Assembly: GCA_043228905.1 (NCBI GenBank)
Contig: JBHGNT010000001.1
Location: forward strand, 24,676,001 to 24,740,000
DNA length: 64,000 nt
DNA from: Azolla caroliniana
Taxonomy: Eukaryota; Plantae; Polypodiophyta
Direction: 5' to 3'
Program-made: the position numbers and the translations under genes
Part shown: positions 10,559 through 22,452 of the stretch, piece after piece
Layout of the letters: the number at the start of each line of letters is the position of its first letter
Numbering within the stretch: the stretch's first letter is position 1
The notes under the pieces: generated by a model
Databases searched by the model: none
What the model was told of the DNA's origin: nothing
The model's input: only the letters and a program-made list of their open reading frames with translations

Positions 10559-13500
10559 ATGGCTAAAATTAACGACCCGATGTCATCCGCTCAAGCGGAA
10601 GGAACTCAAGGGAATCCTCCTAGACAAATATCCACTGAGATGTATTTGGCACAAATAAGCCAATACCTTAGTTTCACCGCTCAACAAATGACCGAACTTC
10701 GGCAATCTCAGAGTGCTCTTGAGGCACGTGTCATTAGTCTACAACGTGAGACTAATAGACCTTATGAGCGACAAGGTGAACCATCATTTGTCGTTAAGCC
10801 ATTTACGGGAGACAAAAAGGAAAGAACCGAAGAAGCAATCTGCACATGGCTGGGACGATGTGAGTCTCATTTTGAGCTCTATCCCACGCCAGATAGTACG
10901 AAGATTGCATATGTCGACCGAGAACTCGGGGGTAAGGCCGCCGCCTGGTGGCGTGGGCTCCGTACTATGGGGAAATTGCCCGATACCTGGACAGATTTTG
11001 TCACGGTGTCGCGAAAATACGACGAGGATACGCGAACTTGAGGCAGGACCCCGGGGCCTCCGACCGAAGGATAATCACATGTGTGCGTTTATATTTTTAA
11101 CAATTAACAGAAAGAAGAAATTTAATCATTTTCATTAACAAAGGAAAAAGAAATTACAATATGTCCCAAGATTGGGATTTAGAAGTTTTAGGTTTACTAA
11201 GATTAATAGAAAAGAAAAAAATTAGGGGTTTTGAGAGATATCGCTTCCGTAGGGAAGATTAGGATTAGGTTATATGAGTATTATGGCTTCCGTAGGGAAT
11301 GTTTTTTCTTTTCTATTAATCTTAGTAAACCTAAAACTTCTAAATCCCAATCTTGGGACATATTGTAATTTCTTTTTCCTTTGTTAATGAAAATTATTAA
11401 ATTTCTTCTTTCTGTTAATTGTTAAAAATATAAACGCACACATGTGATTATCCTTCGGTCGGAGGCCCCGGGGTCCTGCCTCAAGTTCGCGTATCCTCGT
11501 CGTATTTTCGCGACAACGGTTTTTAAGGGCCAATTTTTGCAACCTCCCTCTCGAACCGAGGCAGCACAAGCTTTAATGAACCTCTCTAGCAAGAAATTTT
11601 CCTCGCTAGAAGACTATGTTCACCATGCTAGAACCCAAATCCAAAAATCAGGTCTAGAAGGGGACAATTGGTTGATAGCTTGTTTTGTCAATGGCATCCC
11701 CAATTCGGACTATCACTGGATATTGCATGATAAGGATCCAAAATCCTTCGAAGAGGCCATTAAAATAGTTCTTCACTATCAACGCACTTCAAAGAAGGAC
11801 CACAACAAACCCAACGAAGCGCCCGGGACTAAGCAGTCGCAATTTGTTGGGAAACGCAAGACACCCAACGAATTCCTAGATCACGATTGTAAGCGACAAC
11901 ATCCTTTTTGCGTATTCTGGAAAAAGAAGGGTCACACAAAAGAGCAATGTTGAAAGCTCCAACGAAAAGAGCACGATAGCAAACCTAAAGCTTCAGACCA
12001 TAAAGGTCAGATTCCTAATGTCCTTCTGGTCTATACACATCATTTAAGTAATTGTCAATGTTCTTTCCCTCACTATGTATTGGGTCCCAATGATTTACTA
12101 CATGCAAACGAGTATATCAATGGATCTCCTGTACAATTTTTATTTGATTCGGGAAGCTCACACAATTTTGTGAATGATCGTTTGGTTCAGATATGGGGAA
12201 TCCAACCCACCGTAAGTGATCACACCTACACGGTGCACTTGGCTGATGGAAGAGTACAATACATCAACAGGGCGATTCATTCATTAGGAATTTCTATTGA
12301 TACTTATATAGAGGAAGTAGACTTCCATGTAATGAATCTTTGTACCACCGATGTAATACTGGGTTATCCTTGGTTTTATAATAAAAACTCTTCTTTATTT
12401 ATTTATTGGGTTCGCCATTCCATTTCTTTTGTACTGAACGATTGTACACATTTTATTCAATGTATCAAAAAACAATCCCTCTCGATTGTTTCCTTGTGTT
12501 CATCAAAATCCGAGTTGTCTTGTTCTACGTTATTTTATTGTGTACTTGATCCGGACATTCACGTTTACAATATCAATAACGTCCCGGTTCAATTAACATA
12601 TTTTGAACAACAACTTGATGAAATCTTAAATTATTTTCATGATGTTTTTCCAAGTGAACTACCTAATGGGTTACCTCCTAAACGTAATATAGACCATCGT
12701 ATAGATATTGTACCTGGTGTTGCACCAATAAGTATACCTCCATATCGCTTAAGTCGATCCGAAGAAGATAAGGTATCTAAGCAACTCAAGGACTATTTAC
12801 GAATGGGTTATATACGTTATAGTAAATCTCCATGGGGTGCACCAGTTCTCTTGGTAAAAAAGAAAGAGGGCACATGGTGTATGTGTATTAATTACCGACG
12901 CTTGAATAAAGTGACAATCAAGAATTCGTACCCATTGCCCCGGGCTGACGATCTAATTGACCGTCTCCAGGGAGCTCGGTATTTTACGAAACTTGAATTC
13001 CGTATTGGCTACCATCAAATACGAATAAGTGAGGACGATGTTCCTAAAACGGCATTTCGTACGCGTTATGGCCATTACGAGTTTTTGGTTATGCCTTTTG
13101 GTTTGACCAATGCTCCAGCTACTTTTCAACAAGAAATGAATGACATTTTCCGAGAACAACTTGGAAAATTTGTCGTTATTTTCTTGGATGATATTTTAGT
13201 TTATAGCCATACATTAAAAGAACATGCTAGACATGTCCGCTTCATTTTACAAACATTGCGTGACAAACAGTTTTATGCGAAGATCTCAAAATGTGAGTTC
13301 TTCAAGAAATCAATTACTTATCTAGGACATCTCATAACCAAACGAGGAGTTGAAATTGATCCTTCTCGCATTGAGAAAATCAAGTTTTGGCCCACTCTTC
13401 GGAATATTCGAGAAGTTCGATCATTCCTTGGTTTTGTCGGGTTTTTGCAAAAGTCTCTTCGTAATTACTCCCAATTGACGACGCCATTTACTGATCTTTT

Positions 13501-15502
13501 AAAAGGTCAAACGTGTAAGTCTACAAAACCTATTGTGTGGAATGCTACACTAGACCTCGCCTTTAAGGAACTCAAGGACCTGGTTTGCAAGGCTCCTTCA
13601 CTTCTTTTACCTGATCCTTCAAAACCTTTTGAGGTTGAAACCGATGCAAGCAATTATGCTATAGGTGTTGTCTTGTATCAAGATGGTAAACCAATAGCAT
13701 TCGAGAGTAAGAAACTTGATTCTGCTCAATGTCGGTATACCGTTCAAGAAAAGGAATTATTTTCAGTTATACATGCGCTCAAAACATGGCACCATTATCT
13801 TTATGGAAATCTCTTTGTGGTAACTACGGACCACGAGTCCTTGAAATATTTTTGTGACCAACAAGACCTGAAAGGTCGTAAGGCACGATGGGTTGATCTC
13901 ATCAAGGACTTTGATTTTTCCATACGATATCGTAAAGATTCCATGAACACTGTCGTTGATGCACTAAGTCGCATCCGTGAAGTTAACATGCTTAGCTTCA
14001 CAGAAATAACATCAGATCTTTATGATCACCTTCGAGGAAAGTATCATGATGACAGTTATTTTGCAAAATACTGGGCAAGAGTTGAGTCTGGAACAGACAC
14101 CACCACATCCTCGAAGGAATACTTCCACATTGCTAACGGTTTGCTCTACCGTAATGGGAGGGTTTGTGTTCCAGATTTACCCGAGGTCAAAAAGAGGATT
14201 CTTTTTTAATGACATGATGCACCCTCAACCGGGCACCCTAGAATACATCGTACACTCGTTCTCATCTCCACTCAATTTTATTGGCCTAAGATGCGTCTTG
14301 ACATACATAGCTATGTGATTAAATGTCACCAGTGTCAAGTTAACAAAGCCGAGCGACTTAAAGCCGTAGGACTTTTACATCCCTTGGACATTCCCAATAA
14401 TAAGTGGGAAAGTATATCCATGGATTTTATTGTTAGCCTTCCTCGCACCCAAAAAGGTCATGATGCCATCTGGGTTGTCGTTGATCGACTAACTAAAATG
14501 GCCAGATTTATTGCTACTAAAACCACAGTTACATCTCCTGAATTGGCTTACCAATTCGTTGACAAATTATTTCATTTTTATGGGTTACCGATGGATATCG
14601 TGAGTGATCGAGATCCAAAGTTTACTAGTGACTTCTAGATGCAAGTCTTTAAGAAGTTAGAAACTACGTTGAGCATGAGCTCCACGGATCATCCTCAATC
14701 CGATGGACAGACAGAACGAGTAAATCAAATTATTGAGGACATGCTTCGAGCATACGTTGGTGCAAAATCAACAAAATGGGAACGTTATCTCCCAATTTTG
14801 GAGTTTGCTTATAACAGCTCCAAGCATACGTCGACGGGATATAGTCCTTTTATGTTGATGTATGGTTTTCAGCCACGAGCTCCGATTGATGTTAATATAC
14901 ATCATGATGAGTTACGAAGTGCGCAAAACTTTCTTCGGGATATGCAAGATATGTTGCATATTGCACGAGATAATATAAAAACAGCTCAAGATAGAACGCG
15001 TTTTATGTCGATCATCATAGGCAACCTCGTGTATTCAACCCTGGACAGAAGGTATTTTTACGTGTACCTCACAATTCTAAGACATTGTCTACGGGGTAAG
15101 TGCGCTAAGTTAGCCCCACGGTTTTGTGAACCTTTTACAGTCCTCAAATGCATTGGGTCATCAGCCTATTGTCTCGCTCTTCCCGATGGTTTTGGAATTC
15201 ATCCAGTCTTCCATGTGAGTCATCTAAAAGAACTTCTAGGTTTTGGTGACAACATAGTTACAACTGAAACTCTGGTTACTTCTGAAGATTTATCTTCGAA
15301 ACCACATGTACCAGAAAGAATTCTCGATGTTAAAACAAAAAAGTTACGTACTAAAGAAATCCGAGAATTTAAAATTAAATGGATGGACAAATCTATCAAA
15401 GATGCCACATGGGAACGCGAGAATACTCTAAGAACAAACTTCCCTAACTTTCCATTGCAAGAGTGCAATGTTTTAAAGAAGGGGAGTATGTTACGGGCAT
15501 GA
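10559..15502 (+). pseudogene. gag-pol of chromovirus A (interrupted by the foldback insertion and stops)
   Basis: Collinear with the intact ORF at 53127-57560: FDSGS, FLDD, ETDAS, integrase and C-terminal chromodomain. Confidence 0.92.
11007..11515. mobile_element. 509-bp foldback (MITE-like) element, 214-bp inverted arms, TGT...ACA ends, 4-bp TSD ACGG
   Basis: Arms 11007-11220 and 11302-11515 are reverse complements (one mismatch seen) around an 81-bp spacer. ACGG at 11003-11006 and 11516-11519. Removing the element restores gag [10 protein letters not shown]. Confidence 0.95.
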
Positions 15503-15942
15503 CCATCTAATATCCCGTGGTGAGAATTTACCGTAGTTTTCTATACACGTGGATAAGTGTGAGGGTTAAACGAGAGTGTAAAGAAGGGGAGGATTACTTT
15601 TAATCCTCGGGATTGAGACAACCCATTAGGTCAAGTGTGAACTTGCCTGGGGGCTTGGGTATCGCTATAAATAAGAGGCCTACCTACCCTCATTTGATGA
15701 TCTTTTGACTACATCGAGACTCTGCTCTTGTGGTGGGTCAACTCTTGTAGTGAGCGCGCCAGCACCAGGTACGACTCGACGCCACGGCGGTAGTATGGGA
15801 CGCCGATCGAGGCTCGAGTCCATCTCGATCCCTTCGCTCGAGGGTGGTCGGGTGGATCGGCACCCTTCTTTCTCTTTCTCCTTTCTATTTATCATTAGTT
15901 TATCCTTATCTTAAGCTTACTTTAGTACCTAGATCTCTAATA
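15489..15942 (+). repeat. 3' LTR of chromovirus copy A
   Basis: Direct repeat of 3805-4259; preceded by the PPT and followed by TSD ATGAC. Confidence 0.95.
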
Positions 15943-16599
15943 ATGACATTGGTCGTGGCACAAATTTCGGCAGCTCAAACACAATTACCCAACCTCCAAT
16001 TGAACTGGCGTCTGTTTCCACGGCCTTTAACAACCTCCCCAACAAAAGTTGGGATGATCCGCGTCATGCGATGTTTCCTACATACATACTTAGACATCCC
16101 TTACCCAGACATCCAAGCCAACATTCGTTTTGAGCAACTCCTATTGGTGCTCCTTGACTCCCCCCTTACAAGTCCCCAACATTCAAACAGTGTCGCCACC
16201 TGTCGTAGGGTCTCACATTTGATTTGAATAAAGACCCAACGTGCCATCAGGTGGTCAGCCTTTAGACCTGTGTCAACATACTCCCTGCCCATCCCAGTTT
16301 ACATTAGTTCTGGTAGGACCCCCCCTCTTCCTTCGTCGGCTAAAACACATCCACATGGCTCATTGGTCCCAATAAGGACTTCTTCAAAACAACCGATCAA
16401 ATGCAAGAAATTCGCGTACTTCCCCTCAACATCTGACGTCTTCGCCACCACCTTCACCATCGACCACCCCCCGATGAACCCGCAACTTTGGCCGCCGACA
16501 AACCCGCTGACGCCCCGAGCTCACCACCCACGGTGCACCCAAGAGTGTGTACTCATTAGGTTGGGGGGGATCTTAAGCTCTTGGATTTTACCACGATCA

Positions 16600-17109
16600 G
16601 TCATGAAGAATGGTGTATCAACAAGGACATAGTACGGCTAAATGAACTATGAAGAGCAAATGGCAAGAGGAAAAGGAGCTAATTGTCATCCAAGTGTGAA
16701 AGAGTCAAACCCTAAATGTAAATACTATATAAACCACATTGTGGTGTCTTTGTAAGGGTTCTTCCATTTGTAAAGTTCTTTGTAGTGATTAAGAGTTTAA
16801 GCTTCAGGACTCTCTTCTCTCCTTGTAAACCTTTGAGCTTAAGAGAGATTGGTGATAGTGTTTAATAGAGAAAACATTAAGCTCTCTTCCTTGTTGGTGC
16901 TAGACTTCTTAGCAAGAGGGTAATAAAGAATATCTTTACTTCCATTATCTATGAGAGTGAACGAGAGAGAGAGTGTGAGAGAGATATAATATATTCTTAA
17001 TCATTGTTTAATCGTTAACTGTGACTTGTGAGGTTCAAATGTGAGTGACGATCATCTTCGCCCGATTCGCCATCGAAAGGGTATACACCAGTCCGAGTTC
17101 CGCACGACA
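16600..17109 (+). mobile_element. LTR remnant ending ...CGCACGACA (left boundary not found)
   Basis: TATA-like CTATATAAAC near 16726, a TTGTAA-rich R/U5-like tract and a CGACA terminus like the other LTRs of this type. Confidence 0.4.
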
Positions 17110-17157
17110 TCAAGGAGGGTTTAACTCCATCAATACATAGATCTTACACAGTACCGT

Positions 17158-17894
17158 TGTCGTGTCGTTCGGCTCCGAATCGTTGCGTGAGTCGGGCGGG
17201 AACCACTAAGGTTTTGGACTAGGACTCAGGAGAAAAGAAATTTCTAAGGCAATGAAGAGTATGAAATATGTTGTAAGAAAGAAAGATATGAAAAACTCGT
17301 GAATCCCACGAGTATAGTGTTTTAGTGAGTACTCAGATTAAGAGAGAAAAATAGTTAGCAAATTCGTGAATCCCACGATTATATTATATTAATCCACCCT
17401 TGTAAAATAAGCAACAACCCCCCCATACATCTTTCTCTCCTCCTTATATAAGGATGGAAGAGGCTAAGCATAGCTTCATGCTTTTTCTAAAGTGTTCATG
17501 CACACTAAATGTGCATGAGTTGCCTTTTTACACTATGCTTTTATTTCCTAAATATAGTGCTCATGCTTGCTAGATGTGCACGAGTCATTTTTTATTGGTG
17601 TACATTTTTCTTATAAATAAAGTATTCACGCATTCAAAAAAATGCATGACTTACCTTTTAATAAAGGTAGGCGTAAATAAAGGTCTTATATATATTAAAT
17701 CTATATTTAGAACACCTAGGATAAGTTAGTATAATGGTAAGGTTGGGGTTTGTTTATGTGAATGTATAAGGTTTGAATCTTGCCCTATGCATGTAATAAA
17801 AAAATTTAATATTTTATTTTATTTATTATACTGTACTTTAAATCGGATATAGTATTTTACATATTTCACATAGTGTGTGATTCACACTACGACA
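17158..17894 (-). mobile_element. Solo LTR with 4-bp TSD CCGT/CCAT, inserted in a gypsy pol fragment
   Basis: TGTCGT...ACGACA termini. Host pol reads through the empty site (V-P-W-K-P-I...LIDILKEKVKIGILELSNAP, ~17145-17996). The end at 17864-17894 matches 49826-49856. Confidence 0.8.
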
Positions 17895-17999
17895 CCATGG
17901 AAACCAATTGTTGTTTCAAGGACACATCCCAAATTTGATAGATATATTGAAGGAGAAAGTAAAGATAGGAATTTTAGAACTATCCAACGCACCTTGATT

Positions 18000-20950
18000 C
18001 AAAATTTCGAAGAAGAATGAGACCACAAGGGAAGGGAGTAGCAATGTCGCATAAATGTGTGTCTATGTCCTGGGGGACCACAAGGGACTTGAACCAAGGA
18101 GGGCATGATGTTGTGAGAAGACTTCTAAACCCCTTAGTGGGTTTCGTTGTGTAATTTCCCCTTTTGGTGAATTGCATTCTAGACTCGAGGAAACAATAGA
18201 ATTGATGAAAACCTAGACCCAAGTTGAGTAAACTCTAGATTTGAGGAAACCTCAAAGTCAAGGAAAACCAAGACTCAATTCAAGGAAAGTTGAAACTCAT
18301 GGAACCCTTAGAGTCAAGGAAACTTTAGATTCAAGGAAAGCTTAGACTCGATTCAAGAAAATCTTTCGACTTGAGGAAACCTCAAAGTTGAGGAATTCCC
18401 TCACCTTTTATCAATGTCGCAATTCAAACACGTTGCCTCTTTCACATTCTCTCCCTTTTACCACGATAGCGCTCAAGTGGCTAAGCACATGATTAGGGCT
18501 TAGTACACTTTTTTAGTACAATGAAAGTATATTAAGGTAACGTCCACTAATTTGTTCACAAATTATATTCCCCTTTCCGAAAGCAGGGTTTACAATGAGC
18601 AATTACAAATGAGGAATACAAAGAGATACTTTCAAGGAAAATAGCTACAAAGAAATAGAATAAACTAGGAGAAAGGATTCTTAACTTTTGGTGGCCCAAG
18701 CTCACAAGCATCAGTTGTTGCACCCTTTGTTATAGCTTTCATGCCCTCTTGAATATCCTCCTTCATTAGTCACTTTCATCTTCATCCATCGCTTGAATAT
18801 CCCAAGAAAGATTTTTTTCTCAAAGAGTCACTTGTGCATTGTGGGTTTTGTTGCATAGTTGAAGTAAATGTTCTCTACAAAATGCATCAAGATGGTTCAT
18901 CTTGCCTACTCTAGAAACTCCCTAGCTTTTTTTGCCATGGTTGGTAGTTTTGTGGTCTTTCCAAACATTTTGATCAGTTTTCAAATGCTCCTTCCATAGG
19001 GCAAAGTTTTTTATCTCAAATTGTGTGTATATTGCTGGAAAATGTCCTTACAAATCCCAATTATCAATTTAATTGAAATTGGTTTCATCATAAGAATAGC
19101 TCCCTCAAACTAACTAGTTCTAATACCATTTTATTAGAGTAACGACTTGTAGGAGGGAAAGGAAGAAATGTGCACTGAGAGTAGTCAAGAGAACTAGCTT
19201 TGCATCAACCCTTTATATAGCCAATATACAATGTAATTTGGGACTTTTTAGTGTATAATGGACATTTTGGGTGTAGAGTTTTTATGTCTGGCAACACTCT
19301 ATATTTAACGCGATAGAAAATGGAAATTTTGTACTCAATTGTTTCTAAATCCGTGTCTATGGTTTTTCTTGTTGAAGTGACATTTATTGAGAAATCTCAA
19401 AAGGAAGTTAAGGGATTCTACATTTGAGTGGTCAATGGTTTGGATATGCCATCAAACACCATAGGTGCAACTTCATGCCAACTTCCCTCCATTTTATAAA
19501 CCTTGCACCGGCCATATGATCATAAAGAGGTTTTATCCTTTGAGTAACAACTTTGACTTCTCGAACTCCACCATCCATAACTCAACAACTAATTTACGAT
19601 CCTCCAAGTTTGTTATACTAGTCTCATTCCACTACATTACCTAAGCATTTGTTGTCATGGACATGTGTAAAGTCAAGCCTAATACGCAATCAATTGTATC
19701 ATCACAATTGCATGCATCATGTCCCCTACATTGAGGGGATTAAAACCATGGATTCAAAACTTCCACTAACTTTACATCCACCAAGTCTATAGCAGCAAAA
19801 AGCTTACAAGAATCCAAAATGGTGATCATCTTGAATGTCAACATAGTTCATTCTATCGAGCTTGCCCTTCAAAAGCATTGTTTGTCATGGCCTTGTCTCA
19901 TCAACAAGTCCAACTTGTTCATACCATTTAATTCTCTTGATAGAGTGCGCATCATCCTTCTTCACATGTTTCTTAAATCTCTTCCTCTAACTCTTGTCAT
20001 CCAACTTGTCCATAAGCATTATATCTCTTATACCATATAAATTTCAAGTGGATAGGACCAACACAATCAAATTGAAAGACAAAGAGACATAATAGAAGAA
20101 ATAGAGATAATAATATATAGCAAAGCATTTAAGCATGACTATGAATAGATGGGTAACACAATGAATGTGTAAGCATTTGTGCTTCTAAGCAAACATATGC
20201 AAATGCAATAAGTTTAACAATCTAGTTTACTCAACTATGGTTGCTTTTATAGGAGTAGGCTTCCTAGCCTAATGATTATGTTAGGCTAGTTCATTACCTC
20301 CTCAACCACCCACTCTTCCGGATCATGATCAAAAGTTCTAATAGGTCTTGTGCCAACAACATCTTCAACATGTAAAAGATGTTACAATAACTCAAAACTA
20401 GAGCACATATCTAATAATATGTGTGGAACCATAAACATGTCCCTTAGATGGTTGTGGCCATCTTTATTGTTAGTTATTTATAAACTTACTTTGGGAGGAT
20501 ATTTCTATTAGTTAGATGTACGTGTTGTTTCTTTTCATTGGATGAGATGATATATGTAGCCTTGTGCCCATCTATCCATGAAGATTTAATATGTAACTTC
20601 TTCTAAGGTTGCACATCCTCTCCCTAGACAAACTTCTACATATTATTTTCTAGCATTAAGGCACTTCTTTATCTGTGCCAATAAATTAGCATACTTTGTG
20701 GGTTTTTACCTCACTTTGAAGTTTCAACCACTTGCTTATAAATTGGTACTATCAAAATATGTTTTTAAGAGGAATGTACATCTACAATGAAATTATGACA
20801 TATAAGAGTTATGGGATTTCTCTGGAGGTAAAGTTTTAAGGAAACACGCAATATTAGCCCAATTGTATTAAGATTCAATAGATGTGCAACACATGACAAG
20901 TAGAAAGGGTTTCTAAGTTACCATAAGTAACTAGAGTGCTCATATATAAA
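18000..20950 (-). mobile_element. Heavily decayed LTR-retrotransposon-like sequence
   Basis: Degenerate AAGGAAAC-type short repeats at 18180-18400, a TATA-like motif near 19212 and scraps of pol-like translation on the minus strand. No boundaries identified. Confidence 0.3.
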
Positions 20951-21094
20951 GTTCATTTAGGAACTTTATAGATACAAGAAAATACTTTAAACTTGGAATT
21001 TCAATGAGCCTAAACTAAATGCGAATGGAGCGGAGAAAGATGAGATGGATAAGAAAAGTTATAGGGTTTTAAAGTTATTAGGGTTATAGAGTTG

Positions 21095-22018
21095 AGGAAG
21101 AGGATTTGGGGTTGGGGTTTATGATTAGGATTTGAAATTAGGGTTGGGGTTTGGCATTTAGGGTTAAGGGACATTGGCTTAATCCCTAATCACTAGACCG
21201 TAAAAGGAATTGAAAAATATACTCATCTACACCTTCTATCCTTTACTATGTTAAATAGTTATTTTTCCATTCATCCACTTATTCTCATAGTTAATTAAAC
21301 AAAAAAAAATTAATTAACACAACAAAGGAAGAGGATTTGGGGTTGGGGTTTATGATTAGGATTTGAAATTAGGGTTGGGGTTTGGCATTTAGGGTTAAGG
21401 GACATTGGCTTAATCCCTAATCACTAGACCGTAAAAGGAATTGAAAAATATACTCATCTACACCTTCTATCCTTTACTATGTTAAATAGTTATTTTTCCA
21501 TTCATCCACTTATTCTCATAGTTAATTAAACAAAAAAAAATTAATTAACACAACAAAGGAAGAGGATTTGGGGTTGGGGTTTATGATTAGGATTTGAAAT
21601 TAGGGTTGGGGTTTGGCATTTAGGGTTAAGGGACATTGGCTTAATCCCTAATCACTAGACCGTAAAAGGAATTGAAAAATATACTCATCTACACCTTCTA
21701 TCCTTTACTATGTTAAATAGTTATTTTTCCATTCATCCACTTATTCTCATAGTTAATTAAACAAAAAAAAATTAATTAACACAACAAAGGAAGAGGATTT
21801 GGGGTTGGGGTTTATGATTAGGATTTGAAATTAGGGTTGGGGTTTGGCATTTAGGGTTAAGGGACATTGGCTTAATCCCTAATCACTAGACCGTAAAAGG
21901 AATTGAAAAATATACTCATCTACACCTTCTATCCTTTACTATGTTAAATAGTTATTTTTCCATTCATCCACTTATTCTCATAGTTAATTAAACAAAAAAA
22001 AATTAATTAACACAACAA
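21095..22018. repeat. Tandem array, 4 x 231 bp
   Basis: Units start at 21095, 21326, 21557 and 21788 (AGGAAGAGGATTTGGGG...) and appear identical by eye. Confidence 0.95.
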
Positions 22019-22452
22019 AATATAGAAAGTTAGGATTCATGATTTTCTTGGAAAGTATCTAACAAGTTGGATTTGGATCAACTACGAACAATGGGTTTTA
22101 AAACCTAGTTAATTAACATAGCATTTAAAAAAAGCTAAAAATTGAGAGAAGAAAGAGAGGAAGAACAAGACAAATTGCCAAATTTGTTGGTAACTTTATA
22201 AGGACAAATGCATTTCACCTCATAGAGAGGCTCCTCGATGCCAAGTTAACTAAGAACCAAGTTATTATATATGTATTTAAAAAGTATAAAATGGAGAAAA
22301 ATGAGAGCATTGAGTATTAAAAATGAGAGCATTGAAGGGTAGTTTTATCCATTAGTTTGGTAAAATCAAATCTTTAGTAACTAGTTGATAACTATCATGT
22401 TCACACCATTGGAGCATATGTAATTATTCATAAGAAGAAGAGTGAGTGCAAT

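Larger units (their letters stand above)
3805..15942 (+). mobile_element. Full-length Ty3/gypsy chromovirus, copy A (decayed, two nested insertions)
   Basis: LTRs 3805-4259 and 15489-15942 (TGTTACGGG...CTCTAATA), TSD ATGAC on both sides, PBS TGGTATCAAAGC (tRNA-iMet type) 4262-4273, PPT AAGAAGGGGAGTA before the 3' LTR. Confidence 0.95.

Noticed and set aside
16546-17150. LTR bounded by TGTGTA...TACACA
   Set aside because: No TSD, and TACACA lies in the pol-like sequence (T-V-P-W) that continues across the 17158 insertion.
21095-22018. Interstitial telomere
   Set aside because: Only scattered single TTAGGG/TTTAGGG motifs inside a 231-bp unit; no heptamer array.
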